DNA from: the human T2T-CHM13v2.0 reference genome, Homo sapiens
Assembly: GCF_009914755.1 (NCBI RefSeq)
Contig: NC_060936.1
Direction: 5' to 3' (one strand)
DNA: 64,000 nucleotides
Of this stretch, positions 53,324 to 64,000 are shown piece after piece. A program made the translations under genes and the position numbers. The notes under the pieces are model-generated. The model did not search any database, was not told where the DNA came from, and was given only the letters and a program-made list of their open reading frames with translations. Position 1 is the stretch's first letter, and every line of letters begins with the position of its first letter.

Positions 53324-53935
53324 TAACTCCTGACCTCAGGTTATCCTCCCGCCTTGGCCTCCCAAAATGCTGGGATTACAGGCGTGAGCTACTGGGCCTA
53401 GCCTATTTTGTTTTTTGTAGAGATGGGTCTTCCTATGTTGCCCAGGCTGGTCTCAAACTCCTGGTCTTAAGTGATCCTCCCGCCTCAGTCTCCCAAGTAG
53501 CTGGGATTACAGGCATAAGCCATTGTACCAGGCCTTGACAGTTTCTTAACAAACATCTACCGTACCACAGGCCACTCTACCCAATAGAAGTGAAAATGTG
53601 TTTACAAAGACTTGCATATAAATATTAATAACAGCTTTAGTTGTAATAATAAAAAATTGGAAGCAATCCAAATGTCCTTCAACAGGTAAATGAATAAACA
53701 AACTGTGGTACGTCCATACAATTGAAATTATTCAGCAATAAAAAGGAACTACAGATATACGCCACAACATGGATAAATCTCAAAATCATGATGCTGTGAA
53801 AGAAGCTAAGCTAAAAAGGAGCCATTGCTCATAGGTCCTAGCTCTGTTTTTGGCTCATGCTGTGAATTCTCCCTCCTCTCAACTCTCCAGGGCCCAATTT
53901 TCATCTCCAATTATGAAAGTTTTTCCTGGCCTTCA

Positions 53936-54078
<143 letters not shown>

Positions 54079-55449
54079 TTACCCCATCTCTACTTAAAAA
54101 AAAAAAAAAAAAAAAAAATTAACTGGGCATGGTGGTGCACACCTGTAGTCCCAGCTACTCATGAGCTGAGGGAGGAGAATAGCTTGAACCTGGGAGGTGG
54201 AGGTTGCAGTGAGCCAAAATCACGCAACTGCACTCCAGCCTGGGCAACACAGCAACCCTCTGTCTCAACAACAACAACAAAAAAAAGCCCCTTTAGAAAG
54301 GCATCCTGATGTTGGGTCTTCTTCCAATTAAATTCATTCGTTCCTTCAACAAATATTTTTGCGCTCCTACTATGCACCAGGTACTGTGCTAGGCTCTGGG
54401 GATGGGATAGGGTGTGGAGGTGGATGAAATGATCCTATGGAGCTTACGTTCTGGCTGGGTGGAGACAGGCAATAAACAACTAAACCAACGCACAGATAAT
54501 CAGATGCTGATTAACGTTATGAAGGAAAGCAAATAGGGCCATGGGGCAGAGAGAGGCTGGAGGGTGCTTTAGGGATGGTGGCCCGGGAAGCCTTTTGGAG
54601 GAGGTGATACTGGAGTTGAGACTTGGACATTATCGGAATAGGCCTTACAAAGTTGGCATGGGGTGGTGGGGGAGGTGGTTCCAAGCAGAAGGAACAGCGA
54701 GAGTACAGACCCAAGGCAAGAGCTTGGATTCCGAGGAATGTGAAGGCAGGAACAGAGGGAGCTTAGGGAGCTGGCAGCAGAATGGCAGGAGGGATGGGAA
54801 AGGGTCAGACCACACAGGGCCCTGTGAACCCTGGTGAGGATCTGAGTTCTCTGTATCCCCGCAGGGTTTACGGTAAGGGTCCTGTGAGAAATGCACAGCA
54901 AGTGCTGAACCCAGTGCCTGGTGCCAACACACGCTCGGCCAGGCGGGTCGTCGCCAGGCTCTCAGTGACCCGCCTCATTCCATCACACCTTCGCCCACAC
55001 CTCAGTCTCTTTGCTGGAGGCTCCCTCCGGCCCTGCAACTGCTCTGTCCACACCCACAGGGGGTCACACACACCTGCCCCAGCAGCCCTCACCCATGAGT
55101 ATAAATACCCCAGCTCCCTTGCCCCTGGTGGGATGACTGAGGCTGCTGCTCTGTGCTGTTCCCCAGGGTCCCACGGAAGGAAAAAGCCCCAGCGGCCCAC
55201 ACTCCACACTGGTAATCGGCTCCATGACCCACCCTTTGCTGACTGCCTTCCCTTCCCCATGCTGATTCACGACCCCCCTAGGGCCCCTTTTTGGCCCCAG
55301 CCGCCCCCAAGGTTCCCTGGAGTCAACTCCTAGGTCAACCGTGGCACTCAGATCCTTCTGGGGGAGCCCAACCTTCCACAGAGGCCCTGCTGGGGGCAGG
55401 GAAGGGCACCAGGGACCCCTAGGACCTGGCTCACCACCGGCTCACGCAC

Positions 55450-55920
55450 CTGCATACCCGTGATGGAGACGTGGTGAGACTCCACTGTCGGCCGCCGGGG
55501 CAGCCGAGGCGAGGACTGCGGGGAGCTGACGGGTGAGTAGGGCAGGGACGGGCAGATGCAGCGTCCGTTCATGTCCAGGCTGCCACCGGCTGCCAGCCCA
55601 CCCTGGGACCGCTCTTGCAGAGACAGCTTGCGACCGGAGAGGTGGGGCCGGGCCTGGGACCCGGAGGTGTCAAGGGGGACCTCTTGGCCATCGGCCTCCA
55701 GGGGCCGGTCCCGCGCCAAGCCGAGGTCCACAGCACAGCCCGGCTCACACTCGGTGACCACAATGAAGGACTCCATGCCCAGGTGGATGCTCAAGGATGA
55801 GAGGCCCCGCAGGGCCTCACAGGGCTTCTGGCTTTCGCTGCTGCTGCTGCCCCTGCCCCCCAGCTCATCCTGGGGGGCGGCCCGGTTGCTGCTGGGCTGG
55901 CTAGAGACACATGATGACAT
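55450..55920 (-). CDS. CAMKK2: CAMKK2 exon 2 coding part (471 nt, MSSCVSSQPSSN...HVSITGMQ; N-terminal regulatory region)
   Basis: GCACCATGT start (A at -3), CAG|gtgcgt donor; contains RKLS(100), SPVSSPQSSP and Thr85 (ACC at 55666-55668). Confidence 0.97.
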
Positions 55921-55979
55921 GGTGCATGCGCCAGCTTCATCCAGCACACTGGGGCACTCCCATCCGGCAGCGGAGCCAC
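55921..55979 (-). other. CAMKK2: CAMKK2 exon 2 5' UTR part (59 nt); exon 1 and promoter lie beyond the right end of the window
   Basis: ctttctctttctgcag|GTG acceptor at 55980-55982. Confidence 0.85.
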
Positions 55980-56124
55980 CTGCAGAAAGAGAAAGGGTCA
56001 GCTGGCCCAGCTCCTACGGGCAGGGACAGGAAAGGATCCCCTCTCCTCCTGGCCCAGGCTGCTGTCTAATTCCTGCCTCCAGTTGACATCCTAAAAAAAT
56101 CTTGCAAAACATGGTGTGATCTGA

Positions 56125-56355
<231 letters not shown>

Positions 56356-56682
56356 TGACAATAATTCCTAACTCAATTCCTATAGGAACAAGTATAAGAA
56401 AACCCCCAAATAGAGCACACATATCCCCTACAGAATTGACAGCTGCTTCCAGCTCAAGCCAATTGTTGCTCGGCAGGAATCTGGGCCTACTATTGCTGGT
56501 CTTCCCTTTGTTTTTCCCAAGAGAAGCCCTAAGGAGGTTAATAAGTTTGCCTGACTTTTTATTTTTAAATGCTGGGCATTAACAATGCAGGTCAGGGCTG
56601 GACACGGTGGCTCACACCTGTAATCCTAGCATTTTGGGAGGCCAAGGCAGGCAGATTACTTGAAGCCAGGAATTCCAGATCA

Positions 56683-56859
<177 letters not shown>

Positions 56860-57447
56860 TCAGCAATAGACCAAGACTGTCTCAAAAAAAAAAAAAAAAA
56901 AAAGGTCGGGGGGAATCAAGTATATGCCACAATATGGATGAACCTCTAAAATATTATGCTAACTGAAGGAAGCCAGTCACAAAAGGTCACATATATATGA
57001 TTCTATTTATATGAAATTTTTAAAATATGCAACTCCACAGAGACAGAAAGTAGACTAATGGTTGCCTAGGACTATGGGGGTGGTGACATTAGTGGGTGTG
57101 GGGAATGGCTGCTTAATGGGCACAGGTTTTCCTTTTGGGGTGATCAAAACGTTTTGAAACTAGATAGAGGTAATGGTTGCACAGCATTGTGAACGTACTA
57201 AATGCCACTGAACTATACACTTCAAAATGGCCAACTTATGTTACATGAACTTATATCTCAATTTTTTAAAAAAGGCCAGGCACGGCAGCTCACGCCTGTA
57301 ATCTCAGCACTTTGGGAGGACAGGGCGGGTGGATCATGAGGTCAGGAGTTCAAGGCCAGCCTGACCAACATGGTGAAACCCCATCTCTACTAAAAATACA
57401 AAAATTAGCCAAGTGTGGTGATGTACACCTGTAGTCCCAGCTACTCA

Positions 57448-57639
<192 letters not shown>

Positions 57640-57909
57640 TCACCTGAGGTCAGGAGTTCAAGACCAGCCTGGCCAACCTGGTGAAACCCCATCTCTACTA
57701 AAAATACAAAAATTACCTGGGCATGGTGGTGGGCACCTGTAATCCCAGCTACTCGGGAGGCTGAGGCAGGAGAATCACTTGAATCCGGGAGGTGAAGGTT
57801 GCAATGACTGAGCCGAGATCGCACCACTGCACTGCAGCCTGGGTGACTGAACAAGACTCATCTCAAAAAATAAAAATAAAAAAGATTAACACATCCCCTT
57901 AGGCTGTCA

Positions 57910-58311
<402 letters not shown>

Positions 58312-59254
58312 CTAGATGTCCCAGGAAAACAGTGAGGGCTCAGCAGAGATTTTATGAATGAATAAAATGGTATCTCCGATGACATTGGGAGGTAGTGGGG
58401 TAAAAGAGAGGAAGGTACAGACAGCGGAAAGCCAGAGCTCCCTGGAGGATCTGGCTGAGAGGCAGAAAATGGCCCTCAGCGCTCTCGGAACGGTCCTTCC
58501 AGAAGAACTGATGAAATAGCTACTACGCCAGGCACGTGGCAGGGAAAGCCCAACAGGAAAGGCAAAAGGGAAAACCCAACGCCCCAGCCCTGACACGGGC
58601 CTGACTCATGCACACAGAGTGTGTGGTAAGAGAACGCCAAAGAGTCCAATCATGCGGCAAGATGTTCAACCTCACAGTAAGAGAACTGCAAATTCAAACT
58701 ACAATCAGGCAGCCTGGTGGCTCCCCAAAAAGTTAAACGTAGAGTTGCCATATAACCAGCAATTCCTCTCCTAGGTATAGACCCAAAAGAATTGAAGGTA
58801 GGGATTCAAACGGATACTTGTACACTAATGTTCATAGCAACATCATTCACAATAGCCAAAAGGTATAACCAAGTGTCCATCAACAGACGAATGAATAAAC
58901 AAAATGTGGCAGAGCCATACAACAGAATACTATACAGCCACAAAAAAGAAGGAAACTCTGACTCACACTACAACACAGACGAACCGTGAAGACATACGCT
59001 AAGTGAAGCAAGCCAGATACTAAAGGACAAGTGTTGTAAGATTTCAGTTACATGAAGTATCTAGAATAGTCAAATTCAGGCCAGATGCAGTGGTTCGCAC
59101 CTGTAATCCCAACACCTTGGGAGGCCAAGGCAGGCAGATCACTTGAGGTTAGGAGTTCCAGATAAGCCCGGCCAATATGGTGAAACCCCATCTCTACTAA
59201 AAATACAAAAATTAGCCAGGCGTGGTGTTGGGCACCTGTCATCCCAGCTACTCA

Positions 59255-59386
<132 letters not shown>

Positions 59387-59837
59387 TTAAAGGAAAGAAA
59401 ATACCTGTAACCATGATCGGAGTTATGATGATAAGGCCTAGGATGCTACGGGATCAGACGGGGCAGGAGGTCAGGAGAGGGGAGCAGTTGGTCTTATCTC
59501 CTATTTCTCTGTCCCCCATTCCCCCTTACTGTATCTCAGAAAGAAATCATCAACTCTGTCCCTGTCTCAGTTTCCCCATCAATGAGAGAATACAACTCAA
59601 GTTTGATATTTCTCTATGGCCCTAGCTGCTGCTACTTTACTTCTCCTTCTCATGGTCCTTATGTCCCAGAAGAGGAAACTCAAGATACCCTGAAGTTCAA
59701 CAGCTTAAGGTCATTGACATCCTGTAAAGTTGGTGCCCATCTGATAGTCATAGGATTAGATGAACCAAGCACTCAGAATCATGCCCTGCAAGTGGTTAAG
59801 TACTCAAAAACTATTACTTCAACAAACACCTGTTGGA

Positions 59838-60205
59838 TGCTATGGTTTGACTCTGTGTCCTCTCCCAAATCTCACCTTGAATTGTACTCCCATAATTCCC
59901 GTGTGTTGTGGGAGGGACCCAGTGGGAGATAATTGAATCACGGGGGCGGGTTCCCCCATACTGTTCTCATGGTGGTAAGCCTCACGAGATCTGATGGTTT
60001 TATCAGGGGGTTCCGCTTTTGCATCTTCCTCATTCTCGCTGCCTGCTGCCGTCCATGTAAGACCGGACTTGCTCCTCCTTGACTTCCGCCATGATTATGG
60101 GGCTTCCCCAGCCAAGTGGAACTATAAGTCCAGTTAAACCTTTCTGTTGTAAATTGCCCAGTCTCGGGTATGTCTTTATCAGCAGCGTGAAAACGGACTA
60201 ATACA
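59838..60205 (+). mobile_element. THE1-family solo LTR (MaLR)
   Basis: tatggtttg...cccaaatctca, gggagggacccagtggga and atcagcagcgtgaaaacggactaataca end; GATGC at 59836-59840 and 60206-60210. Confidence 0.88.
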
Positions 60206-61257
60206 GATGCCCATGGCCTGCTCTGGTAGGTAGCCTATGCTCTGGAATGTTCCCACGAGGACCAATGTCCAAGCGAGCTGGCCTGCTCTTAAGTGTGTCC
60301 CTCAGCCCTGGCTGTGTGGCCTGCGTCCCCCAGGGCAGGCAGTCAGTCTCTCCCCTATCCTAGAGCTGCCTCTGATAGGGCTGCAAGAGTTCCTGAGAAG
60401 AAAATGAGGCTGAGCAGTGCCTGGGAAAGTCAATGGAGATTTGTTTTTTTCTCACCAACAGGAAAACAATTGCTTATCGAACTCTACACCAGGCCAAGGG
60501 CACTGAGCCATCCGCCCCCAGCAAGGCTGCTTTTAATCGGCCTCCTTGGCAAGCTGGCATCTGGCCCGGGCCTCCCTCACAGCTCTGACGGAGTCTCGGC
60601 CTCTGCGGTCTGTTGGAGGATGGAGAGGAGAGACAGCTCAGACCCCGGGCAGGGACGTCGGCGCTGGCAGGGCAAGCGTGAAACCCCAGAGCTCAGCAGA
60701 GAGGAGCCCCAGGGACGCAGGCCCTGACAGGAAGAGATGCATCCAGGGGCTTCTGGCCTCACAGACACCTAGAGTCTAGGCCAGTGTCCTGAACGGTTTG
60801 GGGGTCACAGACCCTACAAAGATCTGATGAAAGCTACCAACACTCTGTGCAGAAGAAATCATGCAAAAAGACAATAGTTTAGCCTGGAAACAGCAACGGC
60901 TAACATTCAACTGAGCTCTCATCAGGCACCCAGCACGGAGATAACCGCCTGGCCATGTAACCCTCACAGGACCAGGCCCTCTGCCAGGGAAGGACAGTGA
61001 AGCATTCGATTCCAGAGGGCGGAGCGTGAGAGGAGGACTTTTTTGCAAAGTTGCTTGGATTTGACAAAATGTCAGCCCTGGCCCTGCATCCTTCCCCATG
61101 AAATCCAGGCAGAGGCCATCCCCCAAGGCCTTGCCTCTACCCTGTTCCCTCTCACAGGGCAGCTCATCACGAGCCACCAGAGCCTTCCTGGAGCAGATGG
61201 ACCCGGGACCCGGGCCAGGATGAGGGAAACGCTCCTTCCTCTGCCAGGAAGCTGAGT

Positions 61258-61516
61258 GGCGCAGGCCTCCAGGAAACACCTTCTCATTTCCTAGGGGCTG
61301 TTTCCAACCTGCATCCGCTACCTCCCGCGCAGCAAGCTGCCAGTGGGTGCCAAAGAGGTGCTCCCGAGCCCGGACACACCTGTGCAGGCTCCCCCGAGGT
61401 TGCCTCATCCTGGGCACAACAAAAAGGCCCAAAACAGCTCCGAGGATCCTGCCAAGGCCACGGACGATGTCCTGCCCGGGACATCAATGTCCTCCTTGGG
61501 AAAATGGGCTCAGCCA
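61258..61516. repeat. 259-bp direct repeat, copy 1
   Basis: aligns without gaps to 62599-62857 with 8 substitutions by manual count. Confidence 0.93.
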
Positions 61517-61520
61517 GCCA

Positions 61521-62598
61521 AAGTCAGGGACCCCAAACGGAGGGACCGGCTAAAGCCATGGCAGAAGAACATGGATTGTGAAGATTTTATGGACATTTAT
61601 TAGTTCCCCAAATTAATACTTTTGTAATTTCTTATGCCTGTCTTTACTGCAATCTCTAAACATAAATTGTAAAGATTTCATGGACACTTATCACTTCCCC
61701 AGTCAATACCCTCGTGATTTCTTATGCCTGTCTTATTTAATCTCTTAATCCTGTCAGTTGAGGAGGATGTATATCGTCTCAGGACCCTGTGATAATTGCA
61801 TTAACTGCACAAATTGTACAGCATGTGTGTTTGTGCAATATGAAATCTGAGCACCTTGAAAAAAGAACAGGATAACAGCAATCGTTCAGGGAATAAGAGA
61901 GATAACCTTAAACTCTGATCGCCGGTGAGCCGGGCAGAACAGAGCCATATTTCTCTTCTTTCAAAAGCAAATGGGAGAAATATCGCTGAATTCTTTTTCT
62001 CAGCATGGAACGTCCCTGAGAAAGAGAATGCGTACCTAGGGGTAGGTCTCTGAACTGGCACCCCCCGGGGCGTACCTGTCTCTTATGGTCGAGATTGCAG
62101 AGGTGAGATAGACTCCAGTCTCCCATAGCGCTCCCATCTCCCATAGCGCTCCCAGGCTTATTAGGAAGGGGAAATTCCCACCTGATAAATTTTGGTCAGA
62201 CCGGTTGATCTCAAAACCCTGTCTCCTGATAAGATGTTATCAATGACAATGTTGCCCGAAACTTCATTAGCAATTTTAATTTCACCTGGGTCCTGTGGTC
62301 CTGTGATCTCACCCTGCCTCCACTTGCCTTGTGATATTCTATTACCCTGTTAAGTACTTGATGTCTGTCACCCACACCTATTCGCACACTCCCTCCCCTT
62401 TTGAAAATCCCTAATAAAAACTTGCTGGTTTTTGTGGCTTGTGGGGCATCACGGAACCTACCGACATGTGATGTCTCCCCCGGACGCCCAGCTTTAAAAT
62501 TTCTCTCTTTTGTACTCTGTCCCTTTATTTCTCAAGCCAGCCGACGCTTAGGAAAATAGAAAAGAACCTATGTGATTATCGGGGCAGGTCCCCCGCTA
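61521..62598 (+). mobile_element. MER11 solo LTR (HERV-K11/HML-8), 5' end clipped
   Basis: aagtcagggaccccaaacggagggaccggc start, repeated gtgaagattt(c/t)atggacatttat blocks, AATAAA at 62413-62418, tgattatcggggcaggtcccccgcta end; subfamily not determined. Confidence 0.88.
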
Positions 62599-62857
62599 GA
62601 CGCGGGCCTCCAGGAAACACATTCTCATTTCCTAGGGGCTGTTTCCAACCTGCATCCGCTACCTCCCGCGCAGCAAGCTGCCAGTGGGTGCCAAAGAGGT
62701 GCTCCCAAGCCCGGACACACCTGTGCAGGCTCCCCTGAGGTTGCCTCATCCCGGGCACAACAAAAAGGCCCAAAACAGCTCCGAGGATCCTGCCAAGGCT
62801 ACGGATGATGTCCTGCCCGGGACATCAATGTCCTCCTTGGGAAAATGGGCTCAGCCA
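62599..62857. repeat. 259-bp direct repeat, copy 2
   Basis: starts at the base after the LTR 3' end; about 97% identical to copy 1. Confidence 0.93.
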
Positions 62858-63179
62858 CACCCTGTCTCACATGGGGAAACTGAGGCCCACAGAGGTCCTC
62901 AAGGAAATGCGTTCATTCATTCATTCATTCATTTGTTCTTACATGTAGTAATTATAAAGCAATGATCACGTGCTGGATAAACAAAACAGATGTGGTTTTT
63001 GCCCTCGAGGGGACTGACAGTCCAATGAGGGGGACCAACATTTAAAAGTAGGTGCACAAGGCCGGGTGCGGTGGCTCATGCCTGGAATCCCAGCACTTTG
63101 GGAGGCCGAGACGGGTGGATCACCTGAGGTCAGGAGTTCAAGACTAGCCTGGCCAAATGGTGAAACCCCGTCTCTACTA

Positions 63180-63368
<189 letters not shown>

Positions 63369-63747
63369 CTATAAGCACAGACTGGGGCAGAAGACCAGGA
63401 TATGATCAAAGAGAATACCAGAGGGGACCACTTTAGATTTGAAGGGAGGCGGTGGGTGAAAGAAGGCCCCTCTTGGTGAACGTCTATTAGGCTGAGACCT
63501 ACAGGGTGAGTAGATACTAAAGGAGCAGGAACTTGTTCCCAGCAGAGGAAACAGCTTCTGAGAAGGCCCTCTGTGGAAAAGAGGCGGGAGAGTGGAGGCA
63601 ACAGAAACAAGTTTCCTGGGTCTGGAGCCCGGGAGCAGGAACAAAGTGGGGAAGGAGGGGCTGGAAGGGCTACAGCTTTGTGGGAAGTGGATGATGATGA
63701 CGAGAGGGCAGCCCAGGGCAATGCTACAGGGACTGGGCTCAGACCCT

Positions 63748-64000
63748 GCTGTGAGTTGAACTGTGTCCCCCAAAAATGTTATGTGGCAGTTCTAACCCTC
63801 AGGACCTCAGAATGTGGCCTTATTTGGAGACAGGTCTTTACAGAGATTATGAAGTTAAAATGAGGTCATTAGGGTGGGCCCCAGTCCAACAGGCCTAGTC
63901 CAATAAATGGGAAAGGTAGACACACAGCCAGCCAGCACGGAGGGGGAAGGCCACACGGAGATGGAGGCGGAGACGATGCTCCTTCTAGAGGCCAAGGAGC
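63748..64000 (+). mobile_element. MaLR LTR (MLT1B/C-like), runs off the window
   Basis: gagttgaactgtgtcccccaaaa, acctcagaatgtggccttatttggaga and aaaatgaggtcattagggtgggccc. Confidence 0.75.

Noticed and set aside
55556-56086. 176-aa plus-strand ORF antisense to CAMKK2 exon 2
   Set aside because: Expected shadow of a GC-rich coding exon; no recognisable domain or promoter evidence.
60776-61432. 218-aa minus-strand ORF and the twin MGAKEVLPSPDTPVQAP ORFs at 61343 and 62684
   Set aside because: Non-ATG starts; the twin ORFs simply reflect the 259-bp duplication; no protein family signal.
61258-62857. Reading the 259-bp direct repeats as LTRs of a new small retroelement
   Set aside because: The internal sequence is itself a MER11 LTR, and the repeats lack a TG start, primer-binding site and polypurine tract and run continuously into unique flanks.

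Overview
Human (primate) genomic DNA, recognised from the encoded proteins as the chr12q24.31 P2RX4-CAMKK2 locus. On the + strand are P2RX4 coding exons 3-12 (2679-14315) with an ATTAAA poly(A) signal at 14852. On the - strand is the complete CAMKK2 coding sequence (ATG at 55920, exons 2-17, stop of the 588-aa form at 21465, AATAAA at 18479-18484). The genes are convergent, with 3' ends about 3.6 kb apart. All exon boundaries were read as AG/GT junctions and join in frame. The rest is Alu-dense intron with L1, MaLR, MLT2, MER11 and DNA-transposon relics. Almost all long ORFs in the supplied track are Alu-derived or GC-rich noise. I found no new gene system. The most unusual structures are: (1) a 5'-clipped solo MER11 LTR flanked by a 259-bp direct duplication instead of a ~6-bp target-site duplication; (2) a combinatorial CAMKK2 C-terminus built from a 43-nt frame-switch exon, three terminal acceptors, a hidden internal donor and a coding A13 tract; (3) three upstream AUGs within 43 nt of the CAMKK2 start; (4) an 832-bp pure A/T expansion inside an MLT2 LTR next to kinase exons. 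Repeat subfamily names come from recalled consensus sequences and need RepeatMasker/Dfam confirmation.
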